The notes under the pieces: model-generated
Databases searched by the model: none
The model's input: the letters and a program-made list of their open reading frames with translations, nothing else
Told to the model about the DNA's origin: nothing
Shown: piece by piece, positions 40,395-49,944 of the stretch
Position numbering within the stretch: position 1 is the first letter of the stretch
How the letters are laid out: every line of letters starts with the position of its first letter
DNA from: an uncultured Alphaproteobacteria bacterium
Lineage (GTDB): Bacteria; Pseudomonadota; Alphaproteobacteria; HIMB59; GCA-002718135
DNA length: 64,000 nt
Reading direction: 5' to 3'
NCBI GenBank assembly: GCA_902614085.1
Contig: CACMJS010000001.1
Span: 811,127-875,126 of the forward strand
Position numbers and translations under genes: made by a program

Positions 40395-41217
40395 TATCAA
40401 TCTAAAAAAATTTTCTATCTCAAATAACTCTCCATTTATTTTAATTGCAGGCCCATGCGTAATAGAAAATGAAAGTCACTCATTGAAGATTGCAGAAGAG
40501 CTACATAAAATATGTGATGATGTTGGTATTAATTTAATTTTTAAATCTAGTTTTGATAAGGCAAATAGATCCAGTATTAAAAGTGATAGGGGTATAAAAC
40601 TTGATGACGCATTAAAAATATTTGAAAAAATTAAAACTAATTTTAATTTACCAATACTAACTGATGTCCATAATGAAGATCAATGTAATCAATTAAAAAA
40701 AGATAGTATTATCGATATTATCCAAATTCCTGCTTTTCTATGTCGTCAAACAGATTTATTACTATCTGCAGGTAGTACAAATAAAATTATTAACGTTAAA
40801 AAAGGTCAATTTTTATCACCAACTGACGTTAAAAATATTTTCACAAAGATAGAAACTACAAATAATAAAAACATTATGATAACTGAAAGAGGAACTACTT
40901 TTGGTTACAATACTCTTGTTAACGATTTTAAAGGTATAGATATCATGAAAAAATATCAGTATCCTGTTATTTTTGATGCGACTCATTCTGTTCAACAACC
41001 AGGAGGAATGGGCGATAAAAGTGGTGGTCAAAGAGAACATATTCCTTCCTTATGTAAAGCTGCTATATCTATTGGTGTAGCTGGTTTATTTTTAGAAACA
41101 CATAATGATCCAGATAATGCTCCAAGTGATGGACCAAATATGATTAATATTAAGGATTTAAAAAATTTATTAATTCAACTTAAACAATTTGATGATATAG
41201 CCAAAAACCATGCCTAA
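40387..41217 (+). CDS. kdsA: 3-deoxy-8-phosphooctulonate synthase
   Basis: 276 aa with [11 protein letters not shown] and [12 protein letters not shown] motifs. Confidence 0.9.
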   Translation: MININLKKFSISNNSPFILIAGPCVIENESHSLKIAEELHKICDDVGINLIFKSSFDKANRSSIKSDRGIKLDDALKIFEKIKTNFNLPILTDVHNEDQCNQLKKDSIIDIIQIPAFLCRQTDLLLSAGSTNKIINVKKGQFLSPTDVKNIFTKIETTNNKNIMITERGTTFGYNTLVNDFKGIDIMKKYQYPVIFDATHSVQQPGGMGDKSGGQREHIPSLCKAAISIGVAGLFLETHNDPDNAPSDGPNMINIKDLKNLLIQLKQFDDIAKNHA

Positions 41218-42490
41218 AATAACAAATATAAAAGCAAGACAAATAATAGATAGTAGAGGAAATCCAACTGTTGAATGCGATATAGAATTTGAAAATTCTA
41301 TTTTTGGAAGAGCTGCGGTTCCAAGTGGAGCATCTACTGGAGTGCATGAGGCACTAGAATTGCGAGATAATGATAAATCCAAATACAATGGTAAAGGAGT
41401 TCTGAAAGCAGTAGGAAATATTAATGATACAATTTCTAATGAACTAGTTGGAAAATCATTTGAAGATATTTCTTCTTTTGATAATTTTTTATTAGAACTT
41501 GATGGTACGGAAAATAAATCTAACTTAGGCGCTAATGCAACACTTGCTGCAAGTTTAGCTTTTGCAAAATGCTTAGCCTCTTCTGAAAATCATGAACTTT
41601 ATTCTTTTCTTGGTAAAGACCATACAATGAGTATTCCAGTTCCAATGATGAACATTATTAATGGAGGATCTCATGCAGATAACGACGTTGATATTCAAGA
41701 ATTTATGGTCGCTCCTATAGGTGCAACTAATTTTTCAGAAGCACTTCAATATGGTTGCGAAATATTTCATTCATTAAAGTCACTTTTAAAATCAAAAGGC
41801 TTAAACACAAATGTTGGTGATGAAGGTGGGTTTGCTCCTAACATAAATAGTTCTAGTGAAGTAATAGAAACTGTTTTGAAATCAGTCGAGGATGCAGGTT
41901 TTAAACCTGGAAAAGATATTTATCTTTCACTTGATGTTGCATCAACTGAATTTTACAAAAATAATAAATATGATTTACGGGGAGAAAAAATTGTTTTGTC
42001 TTCTGATGAGATGATTAAATATTTAGAGAAACTGGTAAATGCTTATCCAATTTTTTCTATTGAAGATGGAATGTCAGAGGATGATTGGGATGGTTGGTCT
42101 AATTTAACATCAACAATAGGAAAAAAAGTTCAGTTAGTTGGTGATGATTTATTTGTTACAAATAAAAAAAGATTACAAAAAGGTATTGCAGAGGGTGCGG
42201 GTAATTCTATTTTAGTTAAAGTAAATCAAATAGGTACTCTAAAAGAAACTTTGGAGTCGATTAAATTAGCAAAAGAAAATAATTTCACTACTATAATCTC
42301 ACATCGTTCTGGTGAGACTGAAGATACGACGATTGCTGATTTATCAGTTGGTGTTTCAGCAGGTCAAATTAAAACAGGATCATTATCTAGAACTGATAGA
42401 ACAGCAAAATATAATCAATTGTTAAGAATTGAAGAAGCATTAAAAGGTAAGGCAAATTATGCTGGATCATCTATCTTAAATAATAAATAA
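41210..42490 (+). CDS. eno: enolase
   Basis: [17 protein letters not shown] signature; 426 aa. Confidence 0.97.
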   Translation: MPKITNIKARQIIDSRGNPTVECDIEFENSIFGRAAVPSGASTGVHEALELRDNDKSKYNGKGVLKAVGNINDTISNELVGKSFEDISSFDNFLLELDGTENKSNLGANATLAASLAFAKCLASSENHELYSFLGKDHTMSIPVPMMNIINGGSHADNDVDIQEFMVAPIGATNFSEALQYGCEIFHSLKSLLKSKGLNTNVGDEGGFAPNINSSSEVIETVLKSVEDAGFKPGKDIYLSLDVASTEFYKNNKYDLRGEKIVLSSDEMIKYLEKLVNAYPIFSIEDGMSEDDWDGWSNLTSTIGKKVQLVGDDLFVTNKKRLQKGIAEGAGNSILVKVNQIGTLKETLESIKLAKENNFTTIISHRSGETEDTTIADLSVGVSAGQIKTGSLSRTDRTAKYNQLLRIEEALKGKANYAGSSILNNK

Positions 42491-42529
42491 TTGACAGTTT
42501 CGATCTTAAATATGCTATTTGTATATTAA

Positions 42530-42841
42530 ATGAATAAATCTTTAGTTTTAAAAAATAAATTTTATTTTTATTTGTCCTTTTTGTTTACTTTTTTTCTATT
42601 TGTTTATCTTCTATATTTTCTTGTAAATGGTGAAAGGGGATTGCTGAAATATTTCAGTCTTAAAAATCTTAATGCTCAATACAATGAACAATATATGTCC
42701 TTAAAAAAGGAAAATGAATTTTACCTAGATAGAATTAAAAGATTACAACCAAATACTATAGATTTGGACTATTTAGATGAGACATTTAGGAAAGTTACAG
42801 GATTTACTTTAGAAAACGAAACAGTTATTATTATAGAATAG
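42530..42841 (+). CDS. ftsB: septum formation initiator (FtsB/DivIC family)
   Basis: 103 aa with a single N-terminal TM and a coiled coil. Conserved eno-ftsB-pdhA placement. Confidence 0.65.
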   Translation: MNKSLVLKNKFYFYLSFLFTFFLFVYLLYFLVNGERGLLKYFSLKNLNAQYNEQYMSLKKENEFYLDRIKRLQPNTIDLDYLDETFRKVTGFTLENETVIIIE

Positions 42842-42851
42842 ATTGATTTAT

Positions 42852-42878
42852 TTGACAAAAAATCACCCTAATTATAAT
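42852..42878 (+). promoter_or_regulatory. candidate sigma70-type promoter for pdhA-pdhB-pdhC
   Basis: Perfect TTGACA (42852-42857) and perfect TATAAT (42873-42878). The spacer is only 15 nt, and the -10 ends 13 nt before the pdhA ATG. Confidence 0.35.
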
Positions 42879-42891
42879 TAAAGATTATCAT

Positions 42892-43854
42892 ATGAAGAAA
42901 CTTCAAAAAGCCGATTACATTAAAATGTATTCTTTTATGCTCAAAATTAGAAGATTTGAGGAAAGAGCAGCTCAACTTTACGGAATGGGTAAAATAGGTG
43001 GTTTTTGTCATTTGTATATTGGCCAAGAAGCTGTTGTTGTTGGTATTTTAATGACAATTGATAAGAATGACTCAGTTGTAACAACTTACAGAGATCATGG
43101 TCATATGATTGCTAGGGGATTAGATCCAAAACGTATTATGGCAGAATTGACTGGTAGAGAAGATGGTTATTCTGCTGGTAAGGGTGGTTCAATGCATATG
43201 TTCTCTAAGGAAAATAATTTTTATGGTGGTCATGGTATTGTAGGAGCTCAAGTACCAATAGGAACTGGTATAGCATTCACGCATAAATATAATGGAGAAA
43301 AAAATATATGCAGAACATATATTGGTGATGGAGCGATGAACAATGGACAAGTTTTTGAAGCTTTTAATTTAGCTGCTTTATGGAAGCTTCCTGTTTTATA
43401 CATTATTGAAAATAATAAATATGGAATGGGCACATCTGTAGATAGAGCGGCAGCGGGATTAGACTTATATAAAAGAGGGGAAGCATTTGGTATTCCTGGT
43501 GAGAAGGTAGATGGGATGAATGTGTTCTCTGTTATAGAAGCAGCAGATAAAGCAGGTAAGTATGTCAGAGAAGGGAATGGGCCTTATATTATTGAAGTAC
43601 AAACATATCGATATAGAGGACATTCAATGTCAGATCCTGCAAAATATAGAACGAAAGAAGAATTAGATAATTATAAGCAAACCGATCCTATTGAAATAGT
43701 CAAAGCTGAAATTTTAAAGAAAAAAATTGCAACTAATGATGAAATTGAAAAAATTAATAAAGAAACTTTAGAAGAAATTAAAAATGCAGCTGAATTTGCA
43801 ACCAATAGTCCTTTTCCAAAGGACAGCGAACTTTATACGGATGTTTATTTATAA
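42892..43854 (+). CDS. pdhA: pyruvate dehydrogenase E1 alpha subunit
   Basis: TPP-binding GDGAMNNGQVFEAFNLAALWKLPVLYIIENNKYGMGT; 320 aa. Confidence 0.95.
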   Translation: MKKLQKADYIKMYSFMLKIRRFEERAAQLYGMGKIGGFCHLYIGQEAVVVGILMTIDKNDSVVTTYRDHGHMIARGLDPKRIMAELTGREDGYSAGKGGSMHMFSKENNFYGGHGIVGAQVPIGTGIAFTHKYNGEKNICRTYIGDGAMNNGQVFEAFNLAALWKLPVLYIIENNKYGMGTSVDRAAAGLDLYKRGEAFGIPGEKVDGMNVFSVIEAADKAGKYVREGNGPYIIEVQTYRYRGHSMSDPAKYRTKEELDNYKQTDPIEIVKAEILKKKIATNDEIEKINKETLEEIKNAAEFATNSPFPKDSELYTDVYL

Positions 43855-43857
43855 ATT

Positions 43858-44019
43858 ATGAGCACAGAAATTTTAATGCCCGCATTATCTCCAACAATGA
43901 CAGAAGGAAATCTTTCTAAGTGGTTAATTAAAAAAGGGGATACTGTTAAAGCTGGTGATTTGATTGCTGAAATTGAAACTGACAAAGCAACAATGGAAGT
44001 AGAAGCGGTAGATGAAGGT
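43858..44019 (+). repeat. lipoyl-domain coding segment, copy 1 (paralogous to 45238-45399)
   Basis: Hand alignment of the first 54 codons of pdhB and pdhC gives about three quarters nucleotide identity. It includes a 35-nt stretch, gctgaaattgaaacNgaNaaagcaacaatggaagt, with 2 differences. Confidence 0.7.
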
Positions 44020-45237
44020 GTTGTTCTTGATCTTTTATTTACAGAAGGAGAAGCGAATATTCCAGTAAATAAAGCTATAGCGATTATTGGCGACCCAAAT
44101 GAAAAAGTTGAAGTAAAAAAAGAAGCTCCCATTGAAAAAGTGATTGAAGAAAAGAAAATTGAAAAAAATATTGAGACAAAAATTGAAAATAAGAAAGCTG
44201 ATATAATCGATACACCATCACCTAAAATAGAAGAAGATAGAAATTTAAGTTCAGAAGAAATTACTATGCGCCAAGCACTAAGAGACACAATGGCCGAAGA
44301 AATGAGAAAAGATAATAAAGTTTTCATACTTGGAGAGGAAGTTGCCGAGTATCAAGGTGCATATAAAGTAACGCAAGGTCTTCTTCAGGAATTTGGCAAA
44401 GAAAGAGTATTAGATACACCAATTTCCGAACATGGATTTACTGGATTAGCAGTTGGAGCAGCGTTTAAGGGATTGAGACCAATCTTAGAATTCATGACTT
44501 TTAATTTTTCTATGCAAGCAATTGATCAAATTATAAATTCAGCTGCAAAAACACTTTACATGTCCGGAGGACAAATTAATTGTCCTATTGTTTTCAGAGG
44601 ACCTAATGGTGCTGCGGCCCAAGTTGCTGCACAACATAGTCAGGATTTTTCTTCCTGGTATTCTCAAGTTCCAGGTTTAAAAGTCATTGCGCCATCTACT
44701 CCTTATAACGCAAAAGGTTTGTTAAGATCTGCAATATCAGATCCAAATCCCGTAATTTTTCTAGAAAATGAAATTCTTTATGGATTAAAAGGTCCTGTTA
44801 ATAATGATATTAACTTCTCAATACCAATTGGAAAAGCAAATATAGAAAAAGAAGGGAATGATTTAACGATCGTAACTTATTCAATAATGTTGCAGAAATC
44901 AAAAGAAGCTGCATTAAGATTAAAAGAGGAATATAATTTAGATACAGAAATTATTGATTTACAAACTTTACGACCTTTGGATACAGAAACAATTTTAAAT
45001 TCAGTTAAAAAAACTAATAGACTAATCACTGTAGAAGAGTCATGGCCATTTGGTAGTGTTGGTTCTGAAATTGCAAATATTGTTCAAAGGGATGCATTTG
45101 ATTATTTAGACTCACCAGTGATAAAAGTTAATAGTGCGGATGTTCCAATGCCATACGCATTGAGCTTAGAAAAATTATATCTTCCTCAAGTTGATGATAT
45201 TATAAATGCTGCAAAAAAAGTAAGTTATATAAAATAA
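43858..45237 (+). CDS. pdhB: pyruvate dehydrogenase E1 beta subunit with N-terminal lipoyl domain
   Basis: N-terminal lipoyl domain ([14 protein letters not shown]), a charged linker, then a transketolase-like Pyr/C-terminal body; 459 aa. Confidence 0.95.
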   Translation: MSTEILMPALSPTMTEGNLSKWLIKKGDTVKAGDLIAEIETDKATMEVEAVDEGVVLDLLFTEGEANIPVNKAIAIIGDPNEKVEVKKEAPIEKVIEEKKIEKNIETKIENKKADIIDTPSPKIEEDRNLSSEEITMRQALRDTMAEEMRKDNKVFILGEEVAEYQGAYKVTQGLLQEFGKERVLDTPISEHGFTGLAVGAAFKGLRPILEFMTFNFSMQAIDQIINSAAKTLYMSGGQINCPIVFRGPNGAAAQVAAQHSQDFSSWYSQVPGLKVIAPSTPYNAKGLLRSAISDPNPVIFLENEILYGLKGPVNNDINFSIPIGKANIEKEGNDLTIVTYSIMLQKSKEAALRLKEEYNLDTEIIDLQTLRPLDTETILNSVKKTNRLITVEESWPFGSVGSEIANIVQRDAFDYLDSPVIKVNSADVPMPYALSLEKLYLPQVDDIINAAKKVSYIK

Positions 45238-45399
45238 ATGGCAATTAAAGTTTTAATGCCTGCATTATCACCCACAATGTCAGAGGGTGTAATTAATAAG
45301 TGGTTAGTTAATATTGGTGATACTGTTTCAGCTGGAGATATATTAGCTGAAATTGAAACAGATAAAGCAACAATGGAAGTTGAGGCAGTTGATGAGGGA
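45238..45399 (+). repeat. lipoyl-domain coding segment, copy 2 (paralogous to 43858-44019)
   Basis: See copy 1. The shared antisense peptide [16 protein letters not shown] in the shadow ORFs 43845-44327 and 45225-45479 reflects the same repeat. Confidence 0.7.
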
Positions 45400-46467
45400 G
45401 AAATCACACATTTAATTGATATAACACCAGATAAACAAATTGCTGTTAATTCCGTCATTGCTCTAATCAATGGTAGCAAAGATGAAAGATTAGAAGAATA
45501 TAATGATAAAGATCAAACTGTAAGCAGTGAAGAAGAAAATGAAGTCTCAGAAAGATCTAAAGTAAATACTGAAGTAGATAAAAGTCAAATAATAGAAAGA
45601 AGTAAAGATTTTAACACTATACAAAATACTAATTTTGCTTCACCGTTTGTTAAAAAATTTTCTAAAGATAACAATATTGATCTAACTCTTATTAAAGGGT
45701 CTGGACCTGATGGTAGGATAATAAAAAAAGATATTCAAAATTTTGAACTTCAAATTAATGATCAAAATATTTCTGTAATTGAGCCATCTAGTATTAGAAA
45801 AATAATTGCTGAGAGAACAACACAAACAAAAAATGAGGTTCCACATTTTTATCTTACTATTGAAACAAGAATGGATAAGCTAATAAATGTAAGAAAAAAA
45901 ATTAATTTTAATAGTGATGTCAAAATCTCTTTTAACGACCTGATTGTTAAAGCATGTGCAATGGCAATGGCCAAAAATCCACAGACCAATATTTCTTGGG
46001 TCAATGGTAAAATTCACCAATATAAAAATATCGATATTGCAATTGCGGTAGCTTTAAAGGAAGGATTGATTACCCCTATTGTCAAAGAAGCTGATACAAA
46101 AGGATTAGCTGAAATTTCAACAGAAATTAAATCACTAGTAAAAAAAGCTAATCAAAATAAATTATTACCAGAAGAGTATAGCGGAGGATCTATAACTATC
46201 TCTAATTTAGGCATGTTTGGAATCACAGAATTTCAAGCAATTATTAATCCGCCACAATCAAGTATTATTGCAATCGGATCTATAATTGAAAAACCCGTTG
46301 TTAACGCTGGTAGTATTGAAATAGGGCATACAATGAAATCTACGATTTCAGCTGATCACAGATCATTAGATGGTGCCGTTGCGGCAAAATTACTCAAAGA
46401 TTTTAGCGATATTTTGGAAGACCCCTTCCAAATATGGTTGAATAGCATGGATATGGAAGTTATTTAA
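45238..46467 (+). CDS. pdhC: dihydrolipoamide acetyltransferase (E2)
   Basis: Lipoyl domain ([14 protein letters not shown]), an E3-binding PSBD (ASPFVKKF...[13 protein letters not shown]) and catalytic DHRSLDGA. Confidence 0.95.
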   Translation: MAIKVLMPALSPTMSEGVINKWLVNIGDTVSAGDILAEIETDKATMEVEAVDEGEITHLIDITPDKQIAVNSVIALINGSKDERLEEYNDKDQTVSSEEENEVSERSKVNTEVDKSQIIERSKDFNTIQNTNFASPFVKKFSKDNNIDLTLIKGSGPDGRIIKKDIQNFELQINDQNISVIEPSSIRKIIAERTTQTKNEVPHFYLTIETRMDKLINVRKKINFNSDVKISFNDLIVKACAMAMAKNPQTNISWVNGKIHQYKNIDIAIAVALKEGLITPIVKEADTKGLAEISTEIKSLVKKANQNKLLPEEYSGGSITISNLGMFGITEFQAIINPPQSSIIAIGSIIEKPVVNAGSIEIGHTMKSTISADHRSLDGAVAAKLLKDFSDILEDPFQIWLNSMDMEVI

Positions 46468-46472
46468 CCTAC

Positions 46473-47408
46473 ATGAGTCGACCACGTCATCCTGAAAAAG
46501 TTAAAAACAAATCAAATCCAATTCCTAAAAAACCAAGTTGGATTAGAGTAAAAGCACCAACTTCACAATTTTTCAAAGAAACAAATAAACTCCTAAAAGA
46601 TAAAAAAATTGTAACTGTATGTGAAGAAGCTGCATGTCCAAATATAGCTGAATGTTGGCAAAAAAAACATGCAACATTTATGATACTTGGAGATATATGT
46701 ACTAGAGCTTGTGCATTTTGTAATATTAAAACTGGTAAACCTCATTATATAGATCACGGTGAAGCTATAAGAATTGCTGAATCAGTGAATCAATTGAATT
46801 TAGAACATGTTGTAATAACAAGTGTGGACAGAGACGACCTAATAGATGGTGGAGCACTACATTTCATCAACGTAATAGATTCAATTAAATCTTTAAATCC
46901 AAGTTGCACAATTGAAATTTTAACTCCTGACTTTAAAAATAAACCTGAAGCTATAGATATTCTATCAAAAAATTTACCTGACGTCTTCAATCATAACTTA
47001 GAAACAGTGCCAAGATTATATCCATCAATTCGTCCGGGTTCACGTTACTTTGTAAGTTTGAATTTACTTAGTCAAATTAAAGAAAAAAACCCAAGTATAT
47101 TTACAAAATCAGGTCTAATGGTTGGTTTAGGTGAAACTAAAGAAGAAGTATATCAGGTAATGGATGATTTAAGAGCAGCTAATGTTGATTTTATTACAAT
47201 AGGACAATATTTACCACCAACACCTAAACATGCTAAGCTAGAAAAATTTATTACTCCTCAAGAATTTGATGAATACAAAAAAATGGCATACGCAAAAGGA
47301 TTTCTAATGGTGGCATCATCACCTCTTACTCGTTCAAGTTATCATGCTTCTGATGATTTTAAAATCATGCAAGAAAATAGGAAAAATAAACTTTATTCAA
47401 TTCAATGA
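46473..47408 (+). CDS. lipA: lipoyl synthase
   Basis: Auxiliary cluster [13 protein letters not shown] and radical-SAM CTRACAFCN; 311 aa. Confidence 0.97.
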   Translation: MSRPRHPEKVKNKSNPIPKKPSWIRVKAPTSQFFKETNKLLKDKKIVTVCEEAACPNIAECWQKKHATFMILGDICTRACAFCNIKTGKPHYIDHGEAIRIAESVNQLNLEHVVITSVDRDDLIDGGALHFINVIDSIKSLNPSCTIEILTPDFKNKPEAIDILSKNLPDVFNHNLETVPRLYPSIRPGSRYFVSLNLLSQIKEKNPSIFTKSGLMVGLGETKEEVYQVMDDLRAANVDFITIGQYLPPTPKHAKLEKFITPQEFDEYKKMAYAKGFLMVASSPLTRSSYHASDDFKIMQENRKNKLYSIQ

Positions 47409-47842
47409 AATCTTCAAATAGGGAGGAAATAGTCGATCACGACGCAGAAGGACTTTTCGATATTGTTTTAGATATTGAAAGTTATCCATATTTTATTCCT
47501 TGGTGTTCAGCAATGAGAATACATTCAAAAAATAAAAACGAAATTTATGCTGATATGGTCGTATGGTATAAATATTTTATGCCTCAAACTTTTGGTTCAC
47601 ACGTAACTTTTGATAAAAAAAAACTCTCAATTAGTACAACTTATATTAAAGGGCCTTTGAAAGATTTAAAAACTAATTGGATTTTTGAATCATTAAAAAA
47701 AAAACAAACACGAATTCATTTTAATGTCGAATTTGAGTTCACAAGATTTTTTCATCAAAAAATTGCTGAAGCTTTTTTTCCATTGATCGAAAATAAAATG
47801 ATTGAATCATTTAAAATTCGTGCTGATGAAATATTAGATTAA
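47405..47842 (+). CDS. SRPBCC-fold protein (RatA / COQ10-like polyketide cyclase-dehydrase family)
   Basis: 145 aa. The size and the conserved position directly after lipA match the alphaproteobacterial RatA/COQ10-like gene (from memory). ATGA overlap with lipA. Confidence 0.7.
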   Translation: MKSSNREEIVDHDAEGLFDIVLDIESYPYFIPWCSAMRIHSKNKNEIYADMVVWYKYFMPQTFGSHVTFDKKKLSISTTYIKGPLKDLKTNWIFESLKKKQTRIHFNVEFEFTRFFHQKIAEAFFPLIENKMIESFKIRADEILD

Positions 47843-48298
47843 TTTATTAATTTTTCTAAATATAAAATCTCTTGTTTTTTTCTGTATGTCCAATCTTTTT
47901 CCTTTATATTTTTTTTTGAAAATATAATTTTTTTTATTAATTTTAATTCCAATATACACTAGTCCTACTGGCTTTAATTTTGTCCCACCATTAGGACCTG
48001 CTATACCAGTAGTAGAAATGCAGATTTTTGTTTTTTCATTTTTGTACAGACCATCTATCATGTCCTCAGCTACTTCTTTACTTACAGCCCCAAATTTAGA
48101 AAGATTACTTTTTGAAACAGATAAATATTTAGATTTAGCTTTATTTGAATAACTAATAATCCCGTAAGAGAAAATTTTTGAAACTCCACTATATTTTGTG
48201 ATAGTGTTTGCTATTAGTCCACCTGTGCATGACTCAGCTACTGAAATTGAGATATTTTTTTTTATTAATTTATCTATAACTTTTTTAATAATAGGCAT
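47834..48298 (-). CDS. cinA: CinA C-terminal domain protein (PncC-type nicotinamide-nucleotide amidase)
   Basis: 154 aa with the AESCTGGL motif typical of the CinA C-terminal domain. Confidence 0.85.
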   Translation of the reverse strand: MPIIKKVIDKLIKKNISISVAESCTGGLIANTITKYSGVSKIFSYGIISYSNKAKSKYLSVSKSNLSKFGAVSKEVAEDMIDGLYKNEKTKICISTTGIAGPNGGTKLKPVGLVYIGIKINKKNYIFKKKYKGKRLDIQKKTRDFIFRKINKLI

Positions 48299-48761
48299 TT
48301 ATAATATAAAGAATTATTGTTGTATATATTCCTGCTATTAAATCATCAAGAATTACACCAAAAGCTGATTTAAGTTTCCTGTCTACTATGTCGGCTGGAA
48401 AAATTTTCAATATATCAAAAAAACGAAATAAAATAAAAATTAACATTATTGTTACATAAGGATTTATTATTTTAATTTGATCATAAAATATTAAAATTAA
48501 GTATACTCCTAAGAATTCATCTATAACTATTATTTTTGAGTCATGTGATTGGGTGTGTGAAGAGAATTTATTAATAAAAAATAAAGATAGTAAAAAGATT
48601 ACAAAAAAAATAACTACAAATATTTCTAAAGAAATAATTTTGTATTCAACAATAGGAAATAAAACAACTAATGATAAAAAAGATGCAAAGGTTCCTGGTG
48701 GTATTATTTTAATATATCCAACAAATGATAACGATACAAAAAAATTAGTTAATTTTATCAT
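48285..48761 (-). CDS. pgpA: phosphatidylglycerophosphatase A
   Basis: 158-aa membrane protein with a C-terminal FGVILDDLIAGIY motif of the PgpA family. Confidence 0.75.
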   Translation of the reverse strand: MIKLTNFFVSLSFVGYIKIIPPGTFASFLSLVVLFPIVEYKIISLEIFVVIFFVIFLLSLFFINKFSSHTQSHDSKIIVIDEFLGVYLILIFYDQIKIINPYVTIMLIFILFRFFDILKIFPADIVDRKLKSAFGVILDDLIAGIYTTIILYIINAYY

Positions 48762-49884
48762 TTGTTACATGAACTATAGATTCAGCTGCAATTCCATCAC
48801 CATTTCCAATAAAACCAATCTTCTCATTTGTGGTTGCTTTTATAGACACAGAGTTATTTTTGATTTGAAGTAATGTTGAAATATTTTTAATCATTTTTGA
48901 AACATACTTATTAATTTTAGGTTTTTCAGTTATTATATTTATATCTAAATTTATAATGGAATAACCTTTTTCTTTGAGTTTATTTCTGCAATAAATAATA
49001 AAATTAGATGAATCTGCATTTTTCCATTTTTTATCTGTGTTTGGAAAGTGATAACCTATATCTCTCATAGAAAGTGCTCCAAAAATACTGTCACAAATTG
49101 CATGAAGTACAACGTCCGCATCAGAATGACCAATCAATTTAGAGAAAGGTATTTTAATGCCTCCTAATTTTAATCCATTTTTAGTATTTTTATCAATTTG
49201 ATGAATATCGTAACCAATACCGTATTTTGTTATTGGCTTTCTATATAAATTAAATAACTGAATATCTTCTGGATAAGTAATTTTAATATTATTTTTCTCG
49301 CCTTTGATGAAATTAATCTTCATTTTTGATTTTTGTAATAGCCCTGCATCATCACTAAATTCAAAATTTTTATATTTGATATGTTCTTTAAATATTAAAT
49401 TATAATTAAAACCTTGGGGTGTTTGTACATTGATTGCTTTTGTTTCCAATTTACTTTTCTTTATTAATTGTCTGTCGTTATATTCAACATATGGAATTGC
49501 ATTAGTATTTTTATCTAATTTAGAAATAATTTTTTTAATTAATTTATTGCTACATAAAGGACGTGCAGCATCATGTATTAGTACTTTCTTAATTTTAAAT
49601 TTTTTTAAATTTTTAAGGGCGTTAAAAGAAGAAATTTGTCTTGTGTTGCCAGGTTTTGAGAAGATGATTTTTATTTTCTCAGAAAAGTCCTTATGATTAA
49701 AGTAAGTTTTTTGATATTTTTTATCTATTGAAATATTTATAATATCAAAGTTTGATAAGTCTAAATTTGAAAAAAAATAATTTAAAAAATTTGTATCCCC
49801 AATTTTAAAGAATTGTTTTGGAATTTTTTGACCAAATCTCTTTCCTTTTCCGCCAGCTAGAATTACAAGTGCATTTTTCATCAT
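48745..49884 (-). CDS. ispDF: bifunctional IspD/IspF (MEP cytidylyltransferase / MEcPP synthase)
   Basis: N-terminal LAGGKGKRF (IspD) and C-terminal GHSDADVVLHAI (IspF); 379 aa. Confidence 0.95.
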   Translation of the reverse strand: MMKNALVILAGGKGKRFGQKIPKQFFKIGDTNFLNYFFSNLDLSNFDIINISIDKKYQKTYFNHKDFSEKIKIIFSKPGNTRQISSFNALKNLKKFKIKKVLIHDAARPLCSNKLIKKIISKLDKNTNAIPYVEYNDRQLIKKSKLETKAINVQTPQGFNYNLIFKEHIKYKNFEFSDDAGLLQKSKMKINFIKGEKNNIKITYPEDIQLFNLYRKPITKYGIGYDIHQIDKNTKNGLKLGGIKIPFSKLIGHSDADVVLHAICDSIFGALSMRDIGYHFPNTDKKWKNADSSNFIIYCRNKLKEKGYSIINLDINIITEKPKINKYVSKMIKNISTLLQIKNNSVSIKATTNEKIGFIGNGDGIAAESIVHVTNDKIN

Positions 49885-49944
49885 TTTAATTTATAAATAA
49901 TATTATTTTATAATCATTATTTGAAAAATTAACTAAAGTACACA

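Noticed and set aside
42491-42529. A perfect TTGACA right after the eno stop, considered as a promoter for ftsB.
   Set aside because: The best -10 candidates at 17-18 nt spacing (GCTATT, CTATTT) are weak, so I cannot support it as a feature.
43845-44327. A 160-aa minus-strand ORF antisense to pdhB. Its partner at 45225-45479 is antisense to pdhC. Both contain [16 protein letters not shown].
   Set aside because: These are shadow ORFs. The shared peptide is just the reverse-complement reading of the duplicated lipoyl-domain sequence. They are fully nested in well-supported genes and have low-complexity S/I/F-rich composition.
47405-47842. The RatA-family SRPBCC protein as the toxin of a type II toxin-antitoxin module.
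   Set aside because: There is no small antitoxin-like partner ORF on either side. The gene sits in the conserved lipA-linked position typical of the COQ10-like housekeeping homologue.
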